Assembly (NCBI GenBank): GCA_039621445.1
Contig: CP154954.1
Span: 46,231,847-46,295,846, forward strand
Reading direction: 5' to 3'
Origin: Euglena gracilis
Taxonomy: Eukaryota
DNA: 64,000 nucleotides
Both the position numbers and the translations under genes were made by a program. This document shows positions 13,701 through 27,470 of this stretch, piece by piece. The notes under the pieces were generated by a model. That model was given only the letters and a program-made list of their open reading frames with translations. It had not been told where the DNA came from and did no database searches. Position 1 is the stretch's first letter, and every line of letters begins with the position of its first letter.

Positions 13701-16700
13701 GCCATCAACAGGGTCAGAGGGGGCTGAATGCCGCCCCGGGAGGTGGGCGGGGAGGGGAGGGTGGGGCGGGGCGCCAAACCCTGTGCCATCCAGGGGGGGG
13801 AGGTTCACACCCAACTGATGTGAGTCACGGGAGGGGTGGTCACGGGAGCTGCTGGTTGGACCGCGGCCGGCCGCGGCCCAACCACTACCGATTCTGAAAC
13901 CCTGAAATTTGGTTTGGTTGGGCCACAGCCACTCAACCACAACAGATCCAGCGACCCAAACCAGAACCGCATCGCACAATGCCGTGATAAATTGGCCCCA
14001 TGCGGGGTGCCAGTTATCCCAGGGCGACCCTCCCCCATATTTTTAGTTGAGCGGCACGCTTTGGGTTCGCTGAGTAGTTCTGGAAACAATTATAACGACG
14101 TTGAGCAGGAAAGGGTCAACTGTTTGCAACAATCCTCACCAAACCGTTCTTCTTCACATAACCTCACAAATTATTTTTTATGATCGCCCTTTGCAGTTTG
14201 GTTGGGGCCGCGGCTGGCTGCGGCCCCAACCAAAAAAACTTTTTGGTTGGGCTGCGGCCGGCTGTAGCCAAACCGCTTCCGATTTTCAAACCCTCAAATT
14301 TGGTTCGGTGGGCCGCGGCCGCACCTACCTCTGTGAACCCACCTCTCATGACCTCCTACCTCCACAACTTGGAGCATTTTTAAAAGCAAGGCACTTTTAC
14401 AAACATCTCCAAGGGTTAATCCACGGAGAATTCACAACTCGCAAACACACCAAAAATCCACTCTGGTTTTGGCATTCTGCTCCTCGTCAGTTGAATAGTA
14501 AAAAATGGAGAGGATGTCCGGGATGGGGGATGGGGGTGCCTTCCCCTGCGCCTGCCTTCGGCATTCTCCCCAAATTCACGGCGTTCTCACACTCTTTCCT
14601 CCCCTTTCCTGATTGGCCCGTCTTCCACGCTTGGGGCACGGCTGCCGGCCCTGCCCTCGCCGTTGCCAACGGCTGCCAACCGGGCCACCGCCGGCTGCCC
14701 CCTCTCAGGCCCTGGACAAGCCCGGCAGCGGCGGCAGGGGCGGCATGCGGAAGTTCTGCCACTTGGGGGGGAGGGCGCTGGGGATGATGTTCCCCTCGTC
14801 CACCAGGTCCTGGAACTCGACCTCCTCCGGGGCCTCCTCGTCCACCAGGCCGGGCAGCGGCTCCCAGCCCTTCTCCACGTGACAGTGGCCCCTCATCCGG
14901 TCCACACGCACGCAGAGCTCCCCCGCAAAAAGCGCCACTGCACAATTTTCTTGAGCTGGCAGTGAAATGACACAAATGCAACGGATTTGTGTGTGAGTGC
15001 ATTTGGACCATCATGTGTTTTATGTTGAACCATCTGTGCTTTGACTGCGGGCCTGCCTGTGTCTGCCCACCAGTACACGCATGTGCGTGCGTTTGACACC
15101 TTTGGAGGCAGTGCGAACACAGCTGAGGCAGCGGAAGCATCAGGTGCTGCGATGAAAGCAGCGTCCGGAGGGGCGCGACGGAGGAGAAGCCAGCCTCAGT
15201 TCCGCCCGGAGCAAGTCCCGCCGCGCCCGCCTCTCCTCCGGCGCCTTCATCATGGCCTCCGCTCGGTACAGTTCCGCCTCCGTCATCAGCCCGATGTCGT
15301 GAGTTTCAAGCGTCCAGCGCGGCTGGCGGCCATCCCCCCCCCGGGCGGATGAACACCTGGAAGTCCAGCTGCGGGGTGTGGAGTGGAAAGCACAGTGAAA
15401 GGGGAGCAGTGTTGACCCGTCCACCCAAGAGCCGTCCAGCAGCACCCGTGACCCACCCGCGCCGGCCCGGGAAACTGTCCTCTGGGCCTGTCTGTGGTGG
15501 AATTCCCTGAAAAGCGGTCATTTTCAGGCGTTGGGGTCAGAGAAACAAAAGGTTGGGCCGCCGCCCGGCCAGCTGGAGGCCGTCCGCCCCCTCCTCGACC
15601 TCCTCGTCCAGCCCGTCCTGCCCGGACACACTGAAGGGCGGGGGCGGGGGCGCCGTCGGCAACTCCACCGGCGGGGTCGGGACGGCGCGGACCGATGGGA
15701 CACCGGCCCCCAGTGTGGAGGCCCCCCCCCTGGCGTGCCCAGGGTATGAAATGAGCGGGGAGAGAGGGGGCGACCCTCCCTCCCCCCAGAAGGGGGGGGG
15801 TCGGACCACCCCCCACTCTCCCTGTGCAAAAAAATTCTGGCACAAAGCGACGGAAAATTTTGTGGACCTTGAACAAGGCCCAAGAATTGTGGTTTCGCAC
15901 GCTTTCCCCCCAAAAAATCGGTCACAACGTACACCAAATTTTCATCTTTGCCGGCGCAAAGCGCCGGAAAATGTTCTTAAGGGGTTCCCGGGGGTCCCAG
16001 AAGCGGAATGCAGCGCCAGGCTTTAAACCAGACAGAAGCCAAAGTGCAGCTAAGGGGGGTCCAGACCCCCCCCCCGGTCCGAAGGAGGAGGGGGGGGAGA
16101 GGGGTGGTTTGACCCCCTCCGCAAAACCACCGCCCACTTAATACCCTGGGTGTGCCAGTGGGACGGTTCCACTCCGAACCCTCCCGCGGGGCCACCCCGT
16201 GGTGGTGACATGGTGTCACACGGTGTCCGGATGAATGCCCCCAAACCTGACACTCGACATCTCTGCTGCTCGCCATATTTGTTAAGTTAGACCATCGATG
16301 GATGTGCACATTGCAACAGCTTTTTCACAACTGCATTGTAGATAAAGAAGCTGTGGATATTCTTATGAAGCACAAAAGACAAGCGCTGACACAGAGACAT
16401 GATTTTGCTCTTTATTTCTATTGGTCTTTTTTTTGCTTCATGGGTGATTAGTGAGGATGCAAAATTAAGCTGATGGAATATGATATTTATCTGCCTGTTC
16501 TCAGATCGAATAATTCATATGAATATTATGTTCCAATTTGCCGCCAGCTGTGCCAGTCGGTGTTGTTGTTCAATCACACTCAAGACTGCGAGCCGAGACT
16601 GGATGCAAGACATGACGGTCCCCACAAACCCGTCAAGCCCAGAGAGAAACAAACAACCACATCCTGGACCCAGCTCCCTCCTCCCGACCTTCGCGCCGGC

Positions 16701-19700
16701 CTGGGTGGCCGCTGCAATAGTTCCCGGCGCAGCAGCCGGGAGGGGTAGATTACGGCCACCTTCTTGCTGCGCCCCCTCACCACGGCGAGGTCCGGCATGC
16801 CGAGCAGGACGTCCCACCAGCTGGTGCCCAGGTAGGTCTTCAGCAGCTTGACACCCCGCCTGCGGGCACCCCCCGGCTGACCTCCGGGCCCCCGCCCGGT
16901 CGCTGTCCCCCGGGGGTGGGTCACCGCGGGAAGTGGCAAACGCGGGAGGGGCGCCTGTACACAGCCGAAGGTGCGCTGATAGATCCCCCAAGTATGCCCT
17001 CTGCCTGCAAGTGATCGACCAGGACTCACACGGCGGGACCTGGGTCTCGAACCCACGACCTCCCGCCCAGACATTCATTTAGTGTGGTTCACAAAAGACG
17101 TGTGAACCACAAATTTTTTTCTGGTGTCCACAGGTGAACCACAAATTTTTTTTGGTGTCCACAGGTGAACCACAAAAAAATTTTTGGTGTCCACAGGTGA
17201 ACCACAAAAATTTTTGTGGTGTCAGCAAAAAAATTTGTGGTCCACAAAAATTGATTGAGGATCGAAAAAAAAATTTACACCTAAAAGCGGATTGATCTTT
17301 AGACACCTCGACCACATTCTGAGCCTTGGCCCCGGCTCAATCCACGAAGCGTGGCAGTTGGAATTGGACAGATTGCTATCGAGAGTTCTCAAGCAGACAT
17401 GCTCTGTAGACAACTTACCCAACAAGGATACCATCAAAAAGTTAAGTACTGGCGTCGATGAAGCGGAATTCCGCTTCATGGAAGCAGAAACACGCGACAT
17501 TATCGTGGGGCTTTGGCATGGCTGCGGACATTGGGAACGTTCTAGGGCATTGTGGGATGTCAGTTGAGTGCCTCAGTGCCTGAAAAAGTGCCTGAAAAAT
17601 CGGCAATGCCATGTGCTTTGTTTTGAGGTAGGAGCCGGAAAGCCACTTCATTGATGTGGTGTCAGATCTTCAACTTGACCATTCAATGAAAGACCACATT
17701 CAGTATAGTTTTTCATTCAGAAGGGTAAGTGTCAGCCTCATTCTGGTTTTTGCAGTTTGGCAATATGAGATAATTAAAAAGGTATTATGTCAGCCTGAGG
17801 AAGCGGATAACCGCTTCATATTTGCTCTGTTTTTTTTGCAGGTTTTACGCCAATGTCATGTCGAAATGGCCTTCCAAGTGAAGCACGGGGAAGTGAACAG
17901 AAGGTCTGTATCGTTTCGCCTGTTCTACCTTTCGTAACTCGTGCAATTGTCTCCACGTGGTTTGACGTATTTGCATTATGCACTTTGGATAATGACATTC
18001 AATTTCTGTTCAGTTTGTCCAGTTTCTGTTATCTTCATAAATTTCATAAATGTTAACGTTCTTCGTTGTTATTGGGATTGGAATATCGTTTGGTGATCAT
18101 TGTTGATCATTTCAATTCATACCATTTTTTTACGGATTCTTTCAAAGCGGTTTTACGCTTCCTTTTTGGTGTGCAAACATTATGCATATTTTTTTTACAT
18201 TACATTCTGTATAATTCATTGCGTTGCACATCTCCTGCTTTTGAAGCGGAATGCAATATTTACCGCTTCCATTTTTTATTTTTTCTGTTTCGTTCCTTCG
18301 GGGCCTACGGCAGCAGAAACAACGCTTGTTTTTGTCGGTTCCTCCTGTTCATGTATTTCTTGATTGGTTTTGTTGATTTTACCAGAATTCGAAAGTAAGT
18401 TGGCCTTCTTAGGTCTGCTTTCAACTGTATAGGTCTCCTTTACTGTGAGCCAAACGTCCACCGGAATTGGCCAAAATCAGAACCTCTTCAAAAAAAATCG
18501 AAAAATATGACCCTTTTTTGGAAGTGGTTTTCCGCTTCCTCTTCTGTTTTTAGAGCACCAGAATTGTAGGCCAACTTACGCCGCCTGAGTCAAACATGTT
18601 CACAGAAGATTGCTTCCTTGCTGTTGATGAGAAAGAAAATGATGCAAATGTCAGCAGGCGGTGGGAATTTTTTGGTGTCCACATGTGAACCACAAATATT
18701 ACTTTGGTGTCCACAGGTGAACCACAAAAAAATTTTTGGTGTCCACAAGTGAACCACAAAAATTTTTTTGGTGTCCACAGGTGAACCACAAAAATTTTTG
18801 TGGTGTCCACAGTGAACCACAAAATGACAACCTTGGTGTACCACACTAAATGAATGTCTGCTCCCGCCTGTGAGGCCAACACCTTAGCCGAATAAGCTAT
18901 CCGGGCGATACTCGCTTTGGTGTTATGCACCTACCACTGTAGTGCGTTGTAGGCTCTCCCGTCTGCCGCACACGGCGCCGCAGTCCACTGTGACTGGCTG
19001 CAGTGCCACCGCCCATGATCCCACCTCCCGCAACAACCTCAGCCCGGTCCTCCGCACACACACGGGTGCCCTGCTCTTCCTTGGGCTGAGGCAATTTTCT
19101 TCCGACCAAATTTGCTTGCATGACGGGAGACCAGCCATAGCCATTTTTTTTTGTGCCGGTGGATTGTCGAGCCATAGGCGGTGGTGCGCCGGAAGCTGGC
19201 CAACATGGGTGGACAGAGCCTGCTTTCGAACATTGTCACATTACCACATACTCACATACCAGCCCCCCCCCCCACACCTTTTCCATGTTGAGAATTGAGG
19301 AAGGCAAAGACCAAAACCTGCATCAATGTAAAGAACATCACCCTGGAGGCAGGTCAGCGCCATAAACTTGGTGACCCTGGGGGAGAGGTTTGGGTACTTT
19401 TCCCCTAGGCCAAAACCCACCCAGGGGGGCTCGTGGGCTTGTGGGTGGGTTACCAATCCCCTCGGCCAGCCCAAAACCACTGGGAATCCACCAAAAATCC
19501 TTAAACTCTTTCTGCCCAACCCGGCTCTGGCCAGGTTGGGCACACCTGGCCAACGCCGGGGATGAAAGAACTTAAGGTTTTTTGGCTGATTTCTGGGCAT
19601 CCCGGGGGGTGGTGGGCTCCACTGGTCCCAAGCCACCCACCAACCAACCAACCCTTGTCATTGACACGCCAATGTTCCAGGAAAGTTGACACAGGGGGGG

Positions 19701-22700
19701 GGGTGTCAAAGACATGCTGTGTCAAAGACAGGGGGGCACGTACTCTCTAAACCCCCTCAGCACCTTCAAGAGTAACCCCCCAAAATAGACTCGGGGGGGG
19801 GGGCTATTTTTCTGGTCTGTTGGTGGAAACCTTAAGGGTCTTTTTTGACCTTTTTCTGGGAAACCGTCGATTCTTGGGGTCCCAAAAACATGGAAAATCC
19901 TTTATTTTGCATGATTTTTGGGTCTCAAAAAAACCCGTCAAATATCAGCAATTGTTGTGCCTTAAATTGGGGTTTTCAATAATTTTAAGAGAAGTGTTTT
20001 ATGGAGCTTTGTGTGGTCTGGGGGGCCTTAACCCAATTTTTGGATTTTTTCTCATTCAGCCCGGGGGTGTCTTGTTTGGGGGGGGGAACTCTGGTTGCGC
20101 TCCAGTTGTTCGTGGTATGCGGGGGGGGGGGATGCGGGGTGGGTAAATCCTGGGGCCTCCAGCCCGGGGGTGGACGGTGTACAGCCCGGACATGAGGCCG
20201 AACCGGATCAGCCGGATGCCGTCCGGGTTCGCCACGATGCAGTCCCGCACGATCTGGCGCAGCTCCAGGAACCGCGGCTGCAGGCGGGGCCGCTGGCCGG
20301 GCTTGAGGGTGCTGCGGCCCGGCCGCCTCAGGAGCTCCTTCCGGAACACCGCCCAGTGGGGCACCGGAGGGATGGGCCAGCATCTGGCAGTCTGGGGGCC
20401 GAGAAATGAAACAGGCAGGTGGAGAGAGGGGCTGGCCACAATGAAGCAGCATCTCAATGTCATGATGTATCAATACCTAAAATACACACACATGTCATGA
20501 TATTGCATTGATGTACCTGTGTCTAAATCGTACACACACACACACACACATATACATACATATATATGTATGTGTGTATATACATATATTATATATATAC
20601 CACCCCCCAAATAACCTTGGACCTCCCAGGGGCCGCCTCTGGCCCTCGGGGGATGCTGCGGCATCGGCAGGATGGAGCTGCCTTGCAGCTTTTCGAAGAG
20701 GTGGGCCGGGAAGAAGGTTGGCCCCCGGCGAGGCGCTTCCTGAATTTGTCAGCCCCGCAGTTCACCCCCGCTGTGGAAAAGCTCAACCCGCATCTTGTGC
20801 AAGGCACACTGCAGTGCACAAAAGCTAACCTCAAAATAACACCATCCCAGCACGGCACACATTTTGTTAGGTCTTCAGAGTGGAAATGTCCCCTCCCCAA
20901 CTGGTGGTAGGAAAAATTGGATGCTGCCTGCATGCGGACTACAGGTCCACATGTGGACTACAGGTGCACTGGAAATCGCCAAATCCCCCCCCCCTATTTA
21001 ACAGGTCACTTCGCTAGTTTTGTCCCCTAGAGAACTAGAGTCAATATAATTGCAGTCCTAGGTCAACCGTAGCAGTTCCTTGGTTTCTTTTTATTGCTTA
21101 TTTAATGAGTTTTTCATTCAAAAAATAAAAATCTGGACTGCCACTTTCACACTATGCTAAGCTCCAAACATTGTAAGACGTTAAAAAAATGACAATGCAA
21201 AAAAAATGGTGCACTCCTTCACACAGAACAAGATGGCATGCGACCAATGAGCGCAAAATCCCACACCCTCCATTCCAGGAGTTCTGAGTTGCGAGAGACA
21301 GCGGCCGGTGGAAAGAAAACCAATGGCTGGCTGCCCCCACCCCTCCGTGCTCGACCGCCTTCCCCTTGAGAACCGCCTCGGCCCCCTGAACAGCCCCACG
21401 TCCGACAGCTCGAAGTCCCGCAATACCTCGTCCGGGATGCGGAGCCGCCCCCTCGGGACGAACTCCAGCGGGAACGCCGCCGCCGGGCCGGCCTCCAGGG
21501 GTCAGGGGCCGGGCGCCGAGTCAAACCATTGCACGCCGGGCTGCTTTGTAAAACCCTCTCGCAGGGGGGAAAGAAACGGACTCCCCCAGTTCGCAACCCT
21601 GCAAAGAAAAAACACGGGGTCACATCAGTGAAATGCACCATCCATTTCCAATGCCAGTGCAACGTCAAATGTCAAATGCCAAATGTCAATGCTAAATTAA
21701 ATAATTCAATTCAATCAATTCAATTTCATTAATTCAACTATGGTGTGGCAGGGTCAAATATTAATGGTGTGTGTGTATGTGCGTGTGTGCGCGCGCATGT
21801 CCCTGTGTGTGGGGGGGGGGAGGGTATGCACAGAGGGGGGTTTGCGCAGGGGTGGATGGTGGTCGATCAGCTGGGCCCCTTGCCACCTCACCTGTGTGTC
21901 AATCTCTTGGTAGGAGGAGATCCTGACTTAGTTTTGTGTTGGGGGTGCAAAAAAAAAAAGTTCTGCACCGCCAAAAAAAAAATGCTTCAGGCAAGCCAAG
22001 TTACGGCAGAGAGGACAGCCGCAACGCCTCCTTCGCAAAGGCAAAATGCAACGCATTGCCGGCAACAGCGGCTCGCGGCGACCCACCGCCGGCCCCGACC
22101 CTGGTGGGGGGGGGGGGAGGCTGGCCCGGGCGGGGCGAACACCCAGTTGGAGGGCAGCAGCGACTTCCGCTTGTCCTTGATGACGATGAGGTCCGGCATC
22201 GAGAAGAGCAGCGCCCAGACCGACTGCCCGCTGAGGCGCCCAGTCGCCCAGGGCCGCTTTGGCGGCTTGCATGGCCACCGGAGAAGTGTTGAAAGCGTTG
22301 GGGGGCCGATGTCCGGAAACTGGGGGAACAACAACATCGAAACCGCCTTTCCATCCCTGGAACCCACCAACCAGGACCTAAAACCCCCTTGCTGTTGGAA
22401 TGTGCATGAACTTATGGGGATGCCCACCCCGCAGTGCCGGCACTGCGTGGCACTGCGTGGCACCGCGTGGCACTGCGGGCCGTTTAACCCGTATGCAAGC
22501 ACCTTCAATGATGTGGCGCTATGTAGGCATTTTTATGGTCATTGTTCGACATTTCTAGCCAGATGTGGTCAAATTGGCCCAAAAAGGCACAAAACAACCA
22601 GAATTGCCCTTGATGGCCCGAAAATTCCAATGATGCAAAAATTGGGTTTAACGGCCCGCAGTGCCACGCAGTGCCACGCAGTGCCACACGCAGTGCCGCA

Positions 22701-25700
22701 CGCAGTGCCACGCAGTGCCGGCACTGCGGGGTGGGCATCCCCTATGAGTGAGAGGAAACCCCCTGCAGAGGGATACCCAATCCCACCCCCAATGTCAATG
22801 TTTAACTTATTGGGTGACATTAAAACTGTGCTGTGCCAATGTTTGTCTCTTCTTTCTTTACCCCCCCCCTTCCACGACCACTGATTTTTGCCTCCGATTG
22901 GGGGGGTCATTTTCAGGCAAAGGATGTGGGGGTGCATGGCCATTTTTGGCCGTTTTTTTTGGCCATTTTTGGGGCAACTTTTAGCCGTTTGCTGTAGCCT
23001 TACACACACTTTCATAAACTTTAATCCCTTGGGATAATTTGTAATCATTTTGGGGACTATTGGCCTTATTTGCGACTTTTTTTTGCAACCATTTTCTGGA
23101 GTTAATCCCAACGAATTACAAAACTTTTCAGCAACGTGCAAATAATGCAAAAAAGGCGAAATTAACCATCGTATACAAAAAATTCATGACTGGGGGTCGT
23201 TGGACAAGGGGGGAAAAACACAAGAAAAATTGCCAAATCCTCGCTGAACATTTTTGTGAATTGTGAATTGTGAACAGACTTCTCCTTGAAGAGATTCGCA
23301 AAAAGAAAAAACACTGGTATTTCAGCTGGCAAATTCCTTTTTTCTGTCACATGATCCAAAGCATGCAGAAGCATGCTTTCGGCACATGATCAACAAAAAC
23401 ACAATGAAAAATACACACCGGCACTGTGACGGTGGCAGGTGTGCAAATCCACAGAAAAAGCATAAACACCCCCATGTCCAACTCCATCCATGTCCCAGGA
23501 TATCACCACTGTCCAAAGGGGCCATTTCCATCTCTGGGGCAAAATACTCAAAAAAAAATGGGGAGCAGAAGCAGACAGGAGAAAAATGAGAAAATGGAGG
23601 AACAGGAATGTTGCAACAGGAAGCACATGCCAAAAACCTATGGGCATAAACCCTTGTTTTTCCATTCTTCTGAAAATCAGAAAAAAGGGGGGAAATGGAC
23701 ATTTTGGGGACCACGCAAAACATTCATTGGATGCAAAATCACGTGAGAACATTGAAAATCAGCTCAGGTGAAAAGGCTGTTGAGGGGAAGCAACCAAAAG
23801 CGTTCAGGTTCCTTTCCCTGCCAACAGGTTGACCGCCTCAGGCTGGAACCCCAGGCGCTGCATCCGGTTCCGCTGCACGCCTCCTCCAAACCTTCGAACG
23901 GCCGTAAGGGACCGGCCGGGGATGAGGCCTGCCCTGGGCACCCGCTGATGCCCCTGGTGGACAGCCAGGAACACACACATTATGCACGAGCAGGGTGGAG
24001 GGCGCACAGAGAGGCCGCAATGGGGAAGAGCCACGTGCAAGCCCCAGCAGGGGTTTTTTTTTTAAGACGGCCCCCCGGGGGGTCGGGGGACCCACTTTGG
24101 GGGGATTTTCGACACCGCGAAATGTGAACGCGGCAAAGCAAACGCGCCAATCAAAAAACTCATCGAAAATTGCTAACCCCCCCTCCTAATAGAAGCATGG
24201 GTGCGCTTATAGGGGACCGCCGCCTCCGGTGGCGGGGGGTGCGCTTCTATTCTCTACTTGCGCGGTTTTTGTTGATTTCCTTTAGAAATCCCATCAAAAT
24301 GGGGGTGCACTTGTAGCGGACCGCCGCCTTCGGCGGTGGGGGGGTGCGCTTTTATTTGGACCCTGCGCTTGTAGCGGCCCCATGATTCTATAAGGGGGGG
24401 GGGTTACAGCAATTGTCTGTTCAATGCAAACTGAGGGGTATACAATGGTCAATCAGACTCCGCCCACTTGGACATTGTGGCTGTGACAAGAGGCGCGACA
24501 AAGAAATTGCAAAAATTTCGGCGCTTTCGGCGTCGGTCAAAAAAAAAAAATCCGACGCCTTCGGCGCCGGGCACCTACCAGCCAAAAAAGGTACCCCCCC
24601 GGGGGGGGGGGGGGGACGGCCAGACCCGCCCATCCTACCTGCCCCCGGGGTCCAAAGCTAAAAAAAAGAACCCCTGGCCCCCAAGCCAAGGATGACGCGC
24701 ACGGGGGCAAAACACCACTTGGCCCCAATCTTGGCTTTCCTGCTTCAATTTCATGTCGTCTGGGCGTCCGGCTGATTCCTTGTTCTACCCCACGAATGGT
24801 CTCTGCCCCTTTCCGGGCCATGACCCTGACTTGAGCACCGGCATGTGAAATGCCACTATTACCCTTCAGTGATGTCCACCTTTTTCGGCGCCAGGTGTTA
24901 AGGTTTGAATTATTTTCGAGGTGCTTCTCAATGCAACCATGGGCTGGAAATACAGGGGGAAAATAACGGGAAACAAAAAATACAACAAACCATCCCAATT
25001 TTCCCACACACCCCCTGTAATTTGTCCACTGAACCTTTCCTGGCCCTTTGGGAGAGCCAATCTTACCGGCAGGAGTAGCCAAAACTCACAGACAAAAAGA
25101 CAGTTGTGAAATATTTTTGGCGTTTATTTTGTAATGAAAAATCACAAAAAAGCCCAAGAGAAGACCATTTCGACCATTCTTTGGAATTTCAGGCTGCCTT
25201 TTTACAAAAAAAATGCATTACAAATGAGAAAAAATTATACATTCCTTCCCCTGAAATAAAAACGACCATTCCTCTGAAACGTCGAAATTCCCTCCGGACT
25301 TTCCCAACCTGTAATTTTCATCTCTCGAATTTGGAACACAGTGCATCAATTTTCTGCAAATTTTTCAGGTGGTCAACATAGGGGGGAGGGGGTTTATTGG
25401 GGGGGGGTTGACTCCGCAATGTTCTTCAGCCAATTGTGAGGGGGAAGAATAGGGCACATGTTAATTGCTTTGATCTGTTCCTGAACCTGGGGTTTTCCCC
25501 TTGCGCCGTGCAAGGCAGGAAACTCGCATGTTAGGAACGATCAACAAAGCCCTCTGTGACCTCCCCGCTGTTTAATAAGGAATTTTTCAATGTGCCAAGA
25601 CAATAATTTCTGACACAAAAAAGTAGCTTCTGGAAAACAGGGACTGGGGGATCTCCCAGCCAAGATAGGGTGACCCCTTGACAGCGTGCGATTCCAGCCA

Positions 25701-27415
25701 AAGCCCGGCTACGCACGATCTTCAGCCGATTGCGAAGGAACGTTCGGTGTCAGGAGGAGCCACAAGCACACCCACCACCTCTTGGATGTGCACCAACCGA
25801 TCCACAATGCCGTCAATGCAGGGTTCGATATAAAGACAGGTGGGGGGGTGGTCCGGACAACCCCTGCGGGCGAGGAGGGGGGGGGTGGGGGGACACCCCC
25901 CCCCACCTAAAGAGGTGCGCGGTCTGGGTGACCGAATTTCAGCCCGGCGCGAAGCGCTGGGCCGAAAATTTTTGACCCCCCAAAACGACCAAAAGTGCCA
26001 TTTGGGACACTTTTTGGGCAAAAATGTGCCAAAAATGCAAAAAAATTTCGGCGCAAAGCGCCGGAGGAAAAAATTGACCCTTTTGGGGGGGGTCCCGGAT
26101 ACCCCCCCCCAGGGTCGGTCCGGACCCCCTGGCAGGTGGGGGAGTGGTCCGGACCCCCCCTGCGGGCCAGGGGGGGGGGGGACACCCCCCACCTAAACCA
26201 TGTACGCCCTCCTTATATCAAACCCTGCGTCAATGTCGTCAACACACGCACCAGCCACCCGAGCGCATGAAAGCCCAGACACATTTGTTCGTCTGTCAAC
26301 AGGGCCAACACCATGTGCACGCATTTTGAGAAATCATGCAAAAGAAACGACCCTCGGACATAGAATTTGGTGCGTCTGAGAGAACGGTCCAGAGGAGTCG
26401 GAAGCGTGGCCGCAGCTGTGCGGAAGTCATTGTAGTCCTTCCACATCAGGGCGTCCCATTTGCTGCGGTCGACGTCCGGGGAATAGTTCGCCTTGCGTGC
26501 CAGCAGCTTCTCATACTTCGGGGAACTTCTTTCTGGGGAAGTGGACCTGTCGCCAAGTGAGGAGAAAGGCGGTGCCGACGACGGCTGAACATGCACTCGC
26601 CCTGAGGCCAAGCCGCCAAGAGAGAGGATCACAAGGGTGTTTGTTTGACTGATGGGATCTCCCAATTTCCTCCCGCGTGGAGGCACTGACAGACACAGAT
26701 CCGGCAGCACTGGAGGGAAAATGAACGTTCAGCACCCCGCTCCGGAAAATGTCCTTATTCGGGTACACAAAAACCACACCCAAACGAGAACGTTGGAGGG
26801 GTTAACAACAATTCTGGTACACCACTCCCTCTTCTCCTTCGTGAGCCAAATTGAAGGAAAAAAAACAAAATTCAAAAAAAAAGAAATAGACGTTGGTGTT
26901 GGAGGGGTCCACTTTCCAGAGGGTCGAAGGACAGGCGGGTCCTCGTCCCACGGGATGGGATCCAGCCACGCAGGCTATGCCTCACTGTGTCGGACGTCCC
27001 TCCTCGCTATCTGCGGCCCCACAGGCAGCGTATGCCTGTGACCCATCCATCCACGGACGCCACTGAGCCAGCACCTCTCAGGCCACCCCCATCAGTGGTG
27101 GCCATCAGTGGTGGGCTGCTGCTTCGTGGGGCCACTCCACACCCCTCCCACGCCTTTTCTCAAGGGACGACGTTTGGGCTTTCGTGGCTTTCATGGTTTG
27201 TTGTGCTTGGTCGGGGGGAGTGTGGGAGGGGCGGGAGGGCCTCCCTCCGGAGGCACCGCCTGGCCCAGGGGTCTCGTTTCCCCAGCCGGGCCGCTAACTC
27301 GGGGCCCCACTCTGGCTGCCACATGCCGGGGTCCTTGGCGCCAGGCCGACCACAGCGAGACAGGGAGAGCAGGGGAAGTGCCAGCACACACACGGACGTG
27401 CGAGTACACACGCGC

Positions 27416-27470
<55 letters not shown>

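Noticed and set aside
17100-17250. CRISPR-like ~32-bp repeats (also 18665-18825)
   Set aside because: Head-to-tail with no unique spacers and no cas genes; they are subterminal repeats of a TIR/TSD-bounded element.
17290-18560. Transposase remnant in the core of the 1.79-kb element
   Set aside because: Only short stop-interrupted frames; no hAT motifs recognised by eye.
21745-22884. 379-aa plus-strand ORF, and 39905-40957 (350 aa)
   Set aside because: Antisense shadows of GC-rich minus-strand exons (plus a palindromic MITE in the first); no recognisable domain.
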